Assembly: GCA_016839445.1 (NCBI GenBank)
Contig: JAEOUG010000046.1
Location: forward strand, 1 to 58,791
DNA length: 58,791 bases
Direction of reading: 5' to 3'
Source of the DNA: Candidatus Thorarchaeota archaeon
GTDB taxonomy: Archaea > Asgardarchaeota > Thorarchaeia > Thorarchaeales > Thorarchaeaceae
The translations under genes were made by a program, and so were the position numbers. Within the stretch, counting starts at the first letter, position 1; each line of letters starts with the position of its first letter. A model generated the notes under the pieces. It was not told the origin of the DNA. It saw only the letters and a program-made list of their open reading frames with translations, and did not search any database. Of this stretch, positions 39,086 to 48,789 are shown piece after piece.

Positions 39086-39907
39086 CTACATGTAACTGTG
39101 ACGAATCTGTGCAGGCCGACCTCTCACATGGATTGTTTCTAGGAAAGTTGTGAAGGAGTCATTCGGAAACTCATAACCTTCATCCAAGATGGCCTGTTTG
39201 AGATGCCTGAAGAGGTCTCTCAGCTTCTCGAAGGTCGGTGCCTCGATGGCGTCACAGAACATGTCGTAGGTTTCTTCTGGCATGTTCATGTCCTTAACAT
39301 GACGGCTCCACCATTTCAGGGGAGGAGTCCAGGACTTCTTCAGAGTGAACCAGAGATTCGCAGCAGCTACAACTGCTCTGTACATGTTGAGCTTGGAGTC
39401 GATTGTGAATCCTCGACGCTGGTTCAGGTCGGCGTTACCGAGAGAACCCAGAAAGAGTACATACTTGTTCTTCAATCTGTCAAGATGGTCCTCTTCCGGA
39501 TAGGCCGCCAGCTTCTGACGCCACTCTTCGAGCTTCCCTGTAGGATCATAGATCACAACACCTTCTGCATATGGGGAGTGATCAATGTCCAATGGCGAGT
39601 CCATCTGCTGGCGGAACCACGAGTCTGCAACCGGAGAGAAGTCAATGACAAGCCGCCTTGGTTCCACAGACTCGTCAAACTCAAGCCATAGAGTGTCTTT
39701 GACTTCGAGCGAGTCATAGTACTCCTCAGTGACATAGATGAGGGCATCCCAATCAGTACCAGGAGCTCCGAAACCTGTTGCTCTGCTTCCCCAGAGCATG
39801 GCTCCCTGGCACCATGGCTCCTTGATGAGCTGGTCAAGCTTCTCCCGCGCGATGGGATCATCAATCTCCTCTATGCTCTTGACGATGGGCAGTTTCTCTT
39901 CGGTCAA
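39086..39907 (-). CDS. Pol-beta-superfamily nucleotidyltransferase domain protein
   Basis: LWGSRATG...TDWD motif and helical C-terminus; start uncertain. Confidence 0.75.
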   Translation of the reverse strand: MTEEKLPIVKSIEEIDDPIAREKLDQLIKEPWCQGAMLWGSRATGFGAPGTDWDALIYVTEEYYDSLEVKDTLWLEFDESVEPRRLVIDFSPVADSWFRQQMDSPLDIDHSPYAEGVVIYDPTGKLEEWRQKLAAYPEEDHLDRLKNKYVLFLGSLGNADLNQRRGFTIDSKLNMYRAVVAAANLWFTLKKSWTPPLKWWSRHVKDMNMPEETYDMFCDAIEAPTFEKLRDLFRHLKQAILDEGYEFPNDSFTTFLETIHVRGRPAQIRHSYM

Positions 39908-40017
39908 CGGTTGTTCCTCTCGCAGAGTGCAATCTGCCCCCAATTAAAGGCTGATTGTCTGCGCCAGCGCAATGGAAGTGTGAAGGAGAATATAACCTGC
40001 CGAGCACACAGAAGTCC

Positions 40018-40212
40018 ATGACAGCTCAAGCATACTTGCAGCTGCTCTCAGACTTCACCAAGGAACAGCTCGAGGCAGTCCTTGTGGTCCTGAATACGTT
40101 AGACGAAGATGAGTATCGGGACTACCATGAGACCTATGGGCTCTGCAATGCGCCCAACCACATTGAAGCCTTGAAGTCCCAGGTGAAGAGAGCGCTCAGC
40201 AGAGCAGAATAG
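40018..40212 (+). CDS. small hypothetical protein
   Basis: 64-aa helical ORF with TATA-like element upstream. Confidence 0.45.
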   Translation: MTAQAYLQLLSDFTKEQLEAVLVVLNTLDEDEYRDYHETYGLCNAPNHIEALKSQVKRALSRAE

Positions 40213-40278
40213 GAGGCTCAAGTTCAGTCACACAGTCATAATGTTTTTATCCACACTGACCCAGCACCGAGAGTGCAT

Positions 40279-40356
40279 GGGCCCGTGGCATAGACTGGTT
40301 ATTGCGCCGCTCTGATAAGGCGGATGTCGCGCGTTCAAATCGCGTCGGGCCCACCA
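40279..40356 (+). tRNA. tRNA-Ile(GAT), no intron
   Basis: Acceptor GGGCCCG/CGGGCCC, loop CT-GAT-AA, GTTCAAATC, encoded CCA. Confidence 0.95.
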
Positions 40357-40366
40357 CACTCATTCT

Positions 40367-40777
40367 TCATGCTCGAATTCGAGAGTCATACTCCTTGAGA
40401 CCAGCGGATTCGGGTCGATCATCTGCTCTGCGTACCCGATATCCAAGAATACTGAAGTACCAGCTCACCAAGGCTGGAACTACTAGGACAAGCCACAAGA
40501 ACGCAGACTGGGCAATAGTAGTGAAAGGGTCGTGTGGAATCAGGCCCCATATGACCCCAGGAATCAAGAGGATTCCCGTGAAAACGATTCCCAGGAAGAT
40601 CCAGCCGTAGAAACCCCAAGCTGCCATGCAGGCCACCGAGCAATGCGGACCAAGAACATGGATGTCGCCGTAGTTCATCTCTCGACCACACCAGCGGCAT
40701 GTCAGCCCAGGCCTACAGTACTCATTGCGTTTCGGATAGCCATCCCCAGTCAAGGTACCCACCACATTGTGCTTCAA
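40367..40777 (-). CDS. small membrane protein with N-terminal Cys4 (TRASH-like) motif
   Basis: CRWC...HCSVAC followed by two TM helices. Confidence 0.6.
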   Translation of the reverse strand: MKHNVVGTLTGDGYPKRNEYCRPGLTCRWCGREMNYGDIHVLGPHCSVACMAAWGFYGWIFLGIVFTGILLIPGVIWGLIPHDPFTTIAQSAFLWLVLVVPALVSWYFSILGYRVRRADDRPESAGLKEYDSRIRA

Positions 40778-40832
40778 CTTGCATGATTACATTAGGTCTC
40801 CTAGTGCCTGGTGGGTTATAGATTGGATGTTG

Positions 40833-41732
40833 TTATCTGATGACAGAGGATACGGTATCACGGATCTTCTCCATCGAGGCCTGTGCCTCTTCTATTGACA
40901 GCTCGAAGATGACAGGGCCGGCAAACTTGTCTTTCAGCAGCTCCTCGAGGAACTCACGGAGGGCGTTATCACCCATCACACCAGTGCCAAGGGCCACATG
41001 GTCATCGCGAGCCACTGCTCCGTCATATTCCACGTACGTTCCATCCTGAAGATGGACCTCAGCGATGCGCCTCTTGTGGGTGTTGTAGAATTCCATCATT
41101 GATTCATTGCCTGACATTCGTGTTATCAGGTGGGCTGTATCAAAGCAGATGCTGGTGCCGTATTCTTCTGCAATTTCACATGTGATGTCAAACGGGAATT
41201 CGATATTCTCAATGGCTAACTTCAGGGGATCCATCTCTGTTGCAGTGAGGATTTCCTCAACGCTCTGGGCCGAAAAAGCAGAGAGCATCATGCAGATCAG
41301 ACTACGTGTGTGAGTACCCATCGGACGCCTGCTGAAGTCTGCGGCCATATCACCCGTGGCATGAAGGACATAGAACTCCGGAGCAAGTGGGGCTGTGAGT
41401 TCAATCGCCTCGATATTGGACTTCACGCAAGCTTTTCGAACATTCTCGTCGAAAGCTGCAGGCTCCATTGACCAAAGGGGTAGATGAACCGTATACGAGT
41501 GACCAAGTTCCTCCTTGAGTGATGCTAGGCGATGAATAGTGTTCTCAGAGAGCGAGCCTGGGACCATAAACCTCACATCAGTCGTGAGCTCGGCAATGCC
41601 GAATCCTGCCTCCACGCCTTCTCGCACCATCTCGACAATGTCAAACCGCGAGAAGTCCGGTACTCCATCTACGACAATCCGGTTCACTACAGATTGCAGG
41701 TGCAGGGACGTCAGACCAAATCGTAGCGACAT
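40833..41732 (-). CDS. AP-endonuclease-2/xylose-isomerase TIM barrel, CbiR-like
   Basis: YTVHLP, YVLHA, AIEN, CFDTAH, EVHLQD, DDH, IFEL. Confidence 0.75.
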   Translation of the reverse strand: MSLRFGLTSLHLQSVVNRIVVDGVPDFSRFDIVEMVREGVEAGFGIAELTTDVRFMVPGSLSENTIHRLASLKEELGHSYTVHLPLWSMEPAAFDENVRKACVKSNIEAIELTAPLAPEFYVLHATGDMAADFSRRPMGTHTRSLICMMLSAFSAQSVEEILTATEMDPLKLAIENIEFPFDITCEIAEEYGTSICFDTAHLITRMSGNESMMEFYNTHKRRIAEVHLQDGTYVEYDGAVARDDHVALGTGVMGDNALREFLEELLKDKFAGPVIFELSIEEAQASMEKIRDTVSSVIR

Positions 41733-41854
41733 CGTACTTACCCGTGGAGTCCAGAGTATCGACGCACGATAAGTAGTTTCACGTTGCCTCAGGAATTGTG
41801 AGCTATGCTAACAGATAAGAGCAGGACTTCAATGGACCGGCCAACCGATGGAGG

Positions 41855-42613
41855 ATGTTTGAACTCATACTCTGGTTGGTTGTTCTTTCTTTTGTGATGG
41901 AAACAATCGACTCCACACTTGGCGGGGGATTCGGCACAGTGCTCTCACCGTTGCTGTTGATTGTAGGCTATGAACCTGTGGCGGTGGTATCATCGATTCT
42001 GTTCAGTGAGATTCTCACAGGATTCTTGGTAGGAGTAATGCACGACAGAGCGAGTTCCCTGAACATCCTTAGAGTGAGAGAGTCGAAGCTCACCTTGGCA
42101 ATATTCTTGGTTTCAGGTCTTGCCGCAAGTCTGTTCGCCATGCTGTTTGTAGTAGCCTTGGACCCGTTCCTGGTGAAGCTCTACATCGGCATCCTGGTTG
42201 TAGTCATGGGTTTCTTGATGCTGTACAACCGCAACGCCGAGCGAGTGTTCTCTCTGAGGATAGTAGGTGCCTTGGGGGCTCTATGTGGCTTCAACAAGGC
42301 AATCTCAGGGGGAGGCTATGGACCCATTGCCACCAGCGGACAGATTGTAGGAGGCGCAGATCCAAAGGCCTCCGTGGCCATAACTTCTATCTCAGAGGCG
42401 GCCATCTGCGTGGTGTCTTTTGCCAGCTACTATCTCCTCTTCGGACTACCAAACATCGATTTGCTGGCCAGCATAGTCATTGGAGCTGTTATCGCCACAC
42501 CGGTTTCCGCGTTCATGGTCTCCAAGTCCAGCAAGCGCAACCTGACTCATCTGATAGCAGTTGGAGTAATCATCATCGGGATAGTTACACTCTGGCGCCT
42601 CTTGCTTGGCTGA
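41855..42613 (+). CDS. TauE/SafE (TSUP) family transporter
   Basis: DSTLGGGFG and SGGGYGP repeats, about 8 TM. Confidence 0.88.
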   Translation: MFELILWLVVLSFVMETIDSTLGGGFGTVLSPLLLIVGYEPVAVVSSILFSEILTGFLVGVMHDRASSLNILRVRESKLTLAIFLVSGLAASLFAMLFVVALDPFLVKLYIGILVVVMGFLMLYNRNAERVFSLRIVGALGALCGFNKAISGGGYGPIATSGQIVGGADPKASVAITSISEAAICVVSFASYYLLFGLPNIDLLASIVIGAVIATPVSAFMVSKSSKRNLTHLIAVGVIIIGIVTLWRLLLG

Positions 42614-42626
42614 GAACTGGAATAGG

Positions 42627-43115
42627 CTATCTCCACGACTTCAGAGTCTGCAATTCGTGAGCCTCAATGGCTGGGTCCAGCTCGAGAATCTCAACCTTGA
42701 CCATTGTGTCACCTTGACTGATGCTCTTGACCACATCGAGCCCTTCGATGGTCTGTCCAAACACGGTGTGCTTCTTGTCGAGATGCCTACAGTTGTCACC
42801 GTTCAGAACAACGAAGAACTGGCTCCCACCTGTGTCTCGGCCTGCATGGGCCATGGAGAAAGCGCCATCCTTGTGCTTCTGCCTGTGCCCTCGGGTCTCA
42901 CAGGGAATCGCATAGCCGGGTCCGCCAGTCCCATCGCCTTTGGGATCACCGCCTTGAATCACGAAATCAGGAACGACTCTGTGGAACTTCAGGCCGTCAT
43001 AGTAGCCCTTCTGAGCAAGGGTTGTGAAGTTCTTCACTGTATTGATTGCATCATCGCTCCACAGTTCTGCGACGATGTCGCCCTTGTTCGTCTGAATCTT
43101 GATCTTTGTTGTCAT
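42627..43115 (-). CDS. cyclophilin-type peptidyl-prolyl isomerase
   Basis: [35 protein letters not shown]. Confidence 0.95.
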   Translation of the reverse strand: MTTKIKIQTNKGDIVAELWSDDAINTVKNFTTLAQKGYYDGLKFHRVVPDFVIQGGDPKGDGTGGPGYAIPCETRGHRQKHKDGAFSMAHAGRDTGGSQFFVVLNGDNCRHLDKKHTVFGQTIEGLDVVKSISQGDTMVKVEILELDPAIEAHELQTLKSWR

Positions 43116-43253
43116 TCTCTTCACCTATTCATTGGGTGGTTTCGATGAGTCGGAGAGAAGCCGTAGGTTCTTAGAAGTTCCGATTACGCATTGGAGAGGC
43201 CCACTGACACGCGCCCATCGGCTTATTAGCGAAACCAGAGAGAAGCCCAATGA

Positions 43254-44453
43254 ATGACCGTACAGAGAGAGTACACAGAGGGTTCGACAACCTTCCTCAG
43301 CGCAGATGTGGACCACTACAGTCAGGAAAAGGGTCAGCCCACAACAAGCATGCCAGTCTTCTACAATCCCAGGATGCGACTGAATCGAGACATCTCTGTG
43401 CTCATGCTCTCTGCGTATCTGACTGAAACCCCTTTGAAGAATATCTGCGAACCGCTTACAGGATCGGGTGTGAGAACGCTGAGGTACCTCAATGAGTGCG
43501 AGGGGGACTTCAAGGCGAAGATGTTTGACGCGAATCCCCAAGCGATTGAGTTTGCCAAGAGGAATCTAGAACGCCTCGCCCTCACAGACCGTGCCGAAAC
43601 CCGGGTCGGAGATGCAAAGGTTCTGCTCCTGACTGAGTCAAGAGAATCTAGATTCGACTTCGTCGACATCGATCCCTTCGGTTCGCCAGCTCCATACCTG
43701 AATGCAGCGGTACAGTCACTAGATCCGAATGGAGGGCTCCTGGCAGCCACTGCCACAGACATGCCCGCTCTATGTGGTGTGTATCCAAAGGTATCTCTGA
43801 GAAAGTACGGAGGTGTTTCAATCAGAGCTCCCTTTGTGCATGAGATTGCCGTAAGGCTCCTTTTGGGGCACGTCTATCGAGTTGCGGGTTCCAATGACCG
43901 CGCGATGGCTCCCTTAGCCGTTCTCAGCAGAGACCACTACATCAGAATCTGGGCTAGGATTGTGGCGGACAGGAGGTTGTCGAACCGTCAGACAACGAAT
44001 CTTGGCATGATCCAATACTGCCCCAAGTGCATGAGGTCCATAAGCGTGCCAATAGGTGCCAGTGTGAAGGAGTTCGAACATGCGTCGGATTGCGATGGAA
44101 AGCGGCAGGAAGCCGGGCCTCTCTGGATTGGGAAACTATACGAACCGAAGTTCCTTGATGCAGCTACAGGAATCCTTCAGAAACTGAATCTCTCAATCTA
44201 TCATCGGAAGATGGCAGATATCGTTGAGAGAATAACAGATGAGCAAGCCCTTACAGGTAAGACGTTCATAGATCTACACGCTCTCTGCGACCTCCACAAC
44301 ATCACAGCGCCGAAGAATGTGGACGTGATTGATGGATTGCACGAGGCGGGACATAGTGCAACAAGAACCCATTTCAGTACAACAGCCATACGGACGGACG
44401 CACCAGCAGATGTTGTTGCAGAAATCGTGAAGACCATTGTGAGTAGTAGGTGA
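43254..44453 (+). CDS. trm1: tRNA (guanine26-N2)-dimethyltransferase
   Basis: VFYNPRMRLNRD, DIDPFGSP, TATD, GPLW, RTHF. Confidence 0.95.
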   Translation: MTVQREYTEGSTTFLSADVDHYSQEKGQPTTSMPVFYNPRMRLNRDISVLMLSAYLTETPLKNICEPLTGSGVRTLRYLNECEGDFKAKMFDANPQAIEFAKRNLERLALTDRAETRVGDAKVLLLTESRESRFDFVDIDPFGSPAPYLNAAVQSLDPNGGLLAATATDMPALCGVYPKVSLRKYGGVSIRAPFVHEIAVRLLLGHVYRVAGSNDRAMAPLAVLSRDHYIRIWARIVADRRLSNRQTTNLGMIQYCPKCMRSISVPIGASVKEFEHASDCDGKRQEAGPLWIGKLYEPKFLDAATGILQKLNLSIYHRKMADIVERITDEQALTGKTFIDLHALCDLHNITAPKNVDVIDGLHEAGHSATRTHFSTTAIRTDAPADVVAEIVKTIVSSR

Positions 44454-44459
44454 GACCTG

Positions 44460-45089
44460 TTGGCGAGAAGAAGCGAAAAGGAGCGAAGAGGTGAGCACTA
44501 CTACAAGGCAGCTAAGAGCCAGGGGTACAGGAGTAGATCGGCATTCAAACTCAAGCAGATGATCAAGGGACACAAACTTCTCAAGGGAGTAGACCGAGTC
44601 GTAGAGCTCTGCTCGAGCCCTGGTGGATGGACTCAGGTTCTCAGAGAGTTGGACCCAAGTCTGGAGATTGTGGCCGTTGACCTCAATCCTATGCCTCCGC
44701 TCCAAGGGGTCAAGTTCATGCAGGGAGACATTCTCGATGCCAAGACAATGGACTCAATCAAGGCTCTTGTCGGCGGTTCGGCGGACCTTGTTCTCTCAGA
44801 TTGCTCTCCGAATGTTTCAGGTCAATGGGATCTAGATGTGGCAAGACAGCTGAGCTTGGTGGAACGCACTCTTTCAATTGCAGAAGAAATACTCTCCCCT
44901 GAGGGGAAGGCCATTGCGAAGGTCTTCCAAGGACCCGGATTCGAAGAGCTCCTTCAGGATGCAAAAAGGAAGTTCAACTCTGTGAAGCTAATCAAGCCGC
45001 CGGCTTCTCGGAGAAAGAGCGCTGAAATCTACCTTCTTGTCACCGGGCCAAAGGAACGTAAATCAGAGGATGCAGAGCCAGAAAGCTAG
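44460..45089 (+). CDS. rlmE: 23S rRNA 2'-O-methyltransferase (FtsJ/RlmE)
   Basis: YRSRSAFKL, SPGGW, LSD, KVFQG, KPPASR..SAEIY. Confidence 0.93.
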   Translation: MARRSEKERRGEHYYKAAKSQGYRSRSAFKLKQMIKGHKLLKGVDRVVELCSSPGGWTQVLRELDPSLEIVAVDLNPMPPLQGVKFMQGDILDAKTMDSIKALVGGSADLVLSDCSPNVSGQWDLDVARQLSLVERTLSIAEEILSPEGKAIAKVFQGPGFEELLQDAKRKFNSVKLIKPPASRRKSAEIYLLVTGPKERKSEDAEPES

Positions 45090-45454
45090 ACTACTACTGC
45101 ATGCATCCACTCTTCGAATTCCTTGCAGGTCACTGGAGAATCTGGCTGTCGTATCCCGCATCTTCCTATTCGCATGCAGTGATAGCACGGACAGCCATCT
45201 ATGTCTGACAGACGGCCTGACTCGGACTCCTCAACTAGCGGCGTTCGGATCATGTATCTCTCATCTTCTGTTGTTTTTTGCACGATTCTTCCCTCGGAAG
45301 TCAAAGTCGTTATCGCCAAGGATATTTCCTTTGAGTCAACGCCAAGCCTGTTCACAAGTTCCTCGATGTTCAGACCGGCCTCACCAGCTGCCCTGAGGGC
45401 GCTAAAGACCTGGTCGACAACATCGTTCATTGAAATGACCTTTGGAATAGACAC
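45086..45454 (-). CDS. RPC34/TFE-beta-like protein (wHTH + Fe-S Cys cluster)
   Basis: wHTH then CPCYHC-x5-C...SPVTC..FEEW. Confidence 0.75.
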   Translation of the reverse strand: MSIPKVISMNDVVDQVFSALRAAGEAGLNIEELVNRLGVDSKEISLAITTLTSEGRIVQKTTEDERYMIRTPLVEESESGRLSDIDGCPCYHCMRIGRCGIRQPDSPVTCKEFEEWMHAVVV

Positions 45455-45562
45455 GTGGCAATAGTGGACAGACTACATCGACCGATATTTAAATTTCGGA
45501 AGCTGCTAGGCAGAATTGCAGCGCGCAGTATTGGAAGAAACACGGATGCTCACTTGTGTACA

Positions 45563-45799
45563 TCATTCCTTGACCAGATAGAGCATCTGACCAACGAGTT
45601 TCTGAGGGTCAATGTTCCCTTTCGGCCTGATAGAAACAAACGGGGACTTCACTGGGCCAAAGACATCGATTATGATTCCTATCTCTTGGGCCTTCTTGTC
45701 GAGCACTCTAGCCTGTTTTCCCATAGGGGGTGTCTTGTCAGTACGCAGCACAAGGGACCCGCGTGAAGAAACATGTAGAACCTTACCCAGTCGTCTCAC
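45563..45799 (-). CDS. gar1: H/ACA RNP subunit Gar1
   Basis: GTG start 45799; RRLGKVLH, IGIIIDVFGPVKSPF. Confidence 0.88.
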   Translation of the reverse strand: MRRLGKVLHVSSRGSLVLRTDKTPPMGKQARVLDKKAQEIGIIIDVFGPVKSPFVSIRPKGNIDPQKLVGQMLYLVKE

Positions 45800-45818
45800 A
45801 GAACCACCTCGTATTAGG

Positions 45819-46172
45819 CTACTTTCGGACCTTCTTCCGCTTGCCTTTCTTCTTCTGTGCCTGGGCGCGCGCGGACTCTCGCTGTGCCACTGCTCTACGC
45901 ACACCCTTCGCCAGCATGAGCAGAAGCCGCTTCTTCTTGTGTCCTTCAGGGTTTGTGAGGACCACGTAGCCGCGCTTCTCGGACCAGCTCTTCGGGTAGC
46001 GTTTGGCTTGCTCCACCTTGTATTCAAACCCTGTTGATTTGGCTGCGGCCTCAAGAACCTCGATGTTCACGTTCTCAGCAGCGAGATTGGCCGGAATCTT
46101 CCGCCCCTCTTCTCTCGAGTAGTTCTTCTCAAAGTACGCGGGCCAAAAGATTACTCCGTCTCGCTTCCTCAT
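45819..46172 (-). CDS. srp19: signal recognition particle protein SRP19
   Basis: IFWPAYF..SREEGRKIP, KRYPKSW, GYV. Confidence 0.9.
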   Translation of the reverse strand: MRKRDGVIFWPAYFEKNYSREEGRKIPANLAAENVNIEVLEAAAKSTGFEYKVEQAKRYPKSWSEKRGYVVLTNPEGHKKKRLLLMLAKGVRRAVAQRESARAQAQKKKGKRKKVRK

Positions 46173-46234
46173 ACAGGTATCAACTCGGGTCTTCTTTGTA
46201 CATCCCCTCCCGTTGGTCTTTTTACCTTTCGCAT
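46169..46234 (-). CDS. putative 21-aa upstream peptide MRKVKRPTGGDVQRRPELIPV
   Basis: Hand-translated; its TGA overlaps the srp19 ATG (ATGA). Confidence 0.3.
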   Translation of the reverse strand: MRKVKRPTGGDVQRRPELIPV

Positions 46235-46318
46235 CCGTCTTTGGGAATCAGAGCCGTGGAGAACTTCATAAGTGATGCAGACTGCATCGTGGACAGCCAG
46301 AGAAGAGGATGACATACG

Positions 46319-46798
46319 ATGACCCGGAAGAGCAAGGACGTGTACTTTCTTGAGATTGCAGATCTAGTGTCTTCAAGGAGTACTTGCATCAGGAATCAGG
46401 TAGGTGCGGTCATCGTAAAGGAGTCACAGATACTTAGCACTGGATACAACGGTGCACCCAAGGGGCTACCGCACTGCGAGGATGTGGGCTGCATTCGTAA
46501 TGAGATGGGAGTGAAGCCAGGAGAGAGGCATGAACTCTGTCGAGGACTACACGCGGAGCAGAACGCGATAATCCAGGCAGCCTACCATGGCGTCAGTGTG
46601 AGGGATGCAGTCATCTACTGCACGACAAGGCCCTGCAGTATCTGTACAAAGATGATAATCAATGCAGGAATTCGAGAGATTGTCTACATAGAGGAGTACA
46701 AGGACGAGCTTGCGGGTCAGCTTGTGAAGGAGGCAGGCTTGACCCTCCGTCATGTGGATGTGCCAAGGAGCTATGGCAGGAACTCGAATTCTGATTAG
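46319..46798 (+). CDS. dCMP deaminase family protein
   Basis: RSTC, STGYNG, HAEQNA, PCSIC. Confidence 0.92.
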   Translation: MTRKSKDVYFLEIADLVSSRSTCIRNQVGAVIVKESQILSTGYNGAPKGLPHCEDVGCIRNEMGVKPGERHELCRGLHAEQNAIIQAAYHGVSVRDAVIYCTTRPCSICTKMIINAGIREIVYIEEYKDELAGQLVKEAGLTLRHVDVPRSYGRNSNSD

Positions 46799-46863
46799 CT
46801 AGTGAGAATTCTGGAAAGCTTAAAGAGGATAGGAAGTCGCCTCCGCCAAAGGTGGATTCCAGA

Positions 46864-47778
46864 ATGGGAGAACTCCGCAATCTGATTAGCATGCAGGATC
46901 TTGACAGGAAGCGTATTGACCAGATTCTTAGCGTTGCGGCAGAGATGGAAGCAGTCGCTGTGAAGAGGAGCAGAATCCTGGAATCCAAGATCATGGCAAC
47001 CCTGTTCTTCGAACCCTCAACTCGCACTCGGCTGTCTTTCGAGAGCGCCATGCTTCGCCTGGGGGGAAGCGTCCTTGGTTTCGCCGAGGCAGGTACATCC
47101 AGCGCAGGAGGAAAGGGAGAAACACTGGCGGACACTATACGGACTGTTGAGAGATATGCCGATGTCATTGTGATACGACACCCCTTGGACGGGTCAGCAA
47201 GAGTGTCGGCCGAGTTCTCGTCGGTGCCAGTCATCAATGCGGGCAGTGGCTCCGAAGAGCATCCAACTCAAGCACTGCTTGATCTCTACTCGATTAAGAA
47301 ACTCAAGGGGAAGATAGATGGGCTCTCGATATCATTGTGCGGGGACCTCAAGTATGGCAGGACCGTCCACTCACTGGGTATGGGACTAAGTCTCTATGAT
47401 GTCACGATAAAGCTCGCCGCCCCTCAGGCGCTCAGAATGAAACCCGCCATCATTGATGAGATGAAGAAAGCTGGAGTCAACGTAGTGGAAGTGGACAATG
47501 TAGAAGATGCTGTCAAGGATGTTGATGTCATCTATATGACGAGAATCCAGAAAGAGAGGTTCCCAGACATCAGAGAGTACGACAAGGTCAAGGGAAGATT
47601 CAGACTCACAAGCGAGCACCTGCCATTGATGAGAGAGGACGCTGTGATTCTCCATCCCCTTCCAAGAGTCGATGAGCTAGATGCCGAAATCGACAACACG
47701 CCGCATGCCAAGTACTTCGACCAAGTCTACAGCGGCGTTATTCTGAGAATGGCCATACTCAAGATGATTCTGACCTAG
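46864..47778 (+). CDS. pyrB: aspartate carbamoyltransferase catalytic subunit
   Basis: FFEPSTRTRLSF, HPTQ, GDLKYGRTVHS, RIQKER, HPLP. Confidence 0.97.
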   Translation: MGELRNLISMQDLDRKRIDQILSVAAEMEAVAVKRSRILESKIMATLFFEPSTRTRLSFESAMLRLGGSVLGFAEAGTSSAGGKGETLADTIRTVERYADVIVIRHPLDGSARVSAEFSSVPVINAGSGSEEHPTQALLDLYSIKKLKGKIDGLSISLCGDLKYGRTVHSLGMGLSLYDVTIKLAAPQALRMKPAIIDEMKKAGVNVVEVDNVEDAVKDVDVIYMTRIQKERFPDIREYDKVKGRFRLTSEHLPLMREDAVILHPLPRVDELDAEIDNTPHAKYFDQVYSGVILRMAILKMILT

Positions 47779-48500
47779 GAGGGGTCCGTTCCCCGGAGTT
47801 CCTTGATGAGTAGGTCAAGGTTCGCAATCTTGCTTACTGCGAGCGGGATACGCATCTGATCAGCTAGCTCAATGGCAAGCCTATCTACCTCACCCACGCC
47901 GTGCAAGACCACCAGAGATGGTTTGAACTCCTGAGACTTAATTGCTATCATGGGAGCTCTTCCGGTGTTCACCTTTGTAAAGAGAAGACAACGTTCTGTC
48001 GTTGCGCCGAAAAGCTTCAGGAAGGCGTCGCTATCGAGTTCTTTGACAGCTCTCTCGACGTCTACAAGAGTATAACCGAAGATCTCACGGTCCAGATGTT
48101 TCTCGCCAGCCAGGACTGTGCACTTCAGGCGCTTGCAGAACTCCCTCCCCTTTAGTGGAGAGGTGAAGTCAGCCATGGCAAGCACGATGTTAAGGTCAAC
48201 AAGACTCACATCCATCAGCCTGACGAATGCGGACACCACCTGCCCACCGTTCCGTTCATCCAGTGTGAGGAGGGAGTGCACAAAACGGCGAATCGTAGAA
48301 GTTCCAGGAGATTTCCTTCTCCCTGACTCGTAGTCGCTTATCACGCTGGGACTGATACCGAGATGCTCGGCGAGTACAATCTGTGGAAGCCTGAATCGTT
48401 CGCGCCACATCTTCATGGTCTGACCGGGGGTGTCGGACAGTGCAATCTCCCCTGCGATTCTCCGGGCAAGCCGGTCTCGAACCGACGACTGATACGACAT
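47775..48500 (-). CDS. conserved archaeal Xre-HTH transcriptional regulator
   Basis: IAGEI, SPSVISDYESGRRKSPG, TGRAPMIAI. Confidence 0.85.
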   Translation of the reverse strand: MSYQSSVRDRLARRIAGEIALSDTPGQTMKMWRERFRLPQIVLAEHLGISPSVISDYESGRRKSPGTSTIRRFVHSLLTLDERNGGQVVSAFVRLMDVSLVDLNIVLAMADFTSPLKGREFCKRLKCTVLAGEKHLDREIFGYTLVDVERAVKELDSDAFLKLFGATTERCLLFTKVNTGRAPMIAIKSQEFKPSLVVLHGVGEVDRLAIELADQMRIPLAVSKIANLDLLIKELRGTDPS

Positions 48501-48682
48501 TGCCTTCGAGGCGCCATGGCTTGAACATAAGGATTTCGACTATTGTCGAAGTATGCCGAAATCGACTGGTCTGGAACACCTCTGGCAGGCTCCTAGAAGC
48601 GTTTTCCGTAGATGTGGAAAACTATAGTGACGTCAACTGACGATTCTGGTGATGGTTTCACGGACTACGACAAGAAGAGGAA

Positions 48683-48789
48683 TGGTGGGCCGGCCCGGAT
48701 TTGAACCGGGGATCCCCTGGAGTCTTGCCAGCGAACGATTGTCCGCAAGACCCAAACCAGGAATCATAGCCAAGCTAGACCACCGACCC
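48683..48789 (-). tRNA. tRNA-Pro(TGG) with 29-nt intron (48722-48750)
   Basis: Acceptor GGGTCGG/CCGGCCC, anticodon stem CCTGG/CCAGG, encoded CCA. Confidence 0.93.

Noticed and set aside
42606-43148. 180-aa + strand ORF
   Set aside because: Antisense shadow of the cyclophilin gene
45800-46054. N-terminal extension of the Gar1 ORF
   Set aside because: Alternate frame inside srp19; Gar1 similarity starts at GTG 45799
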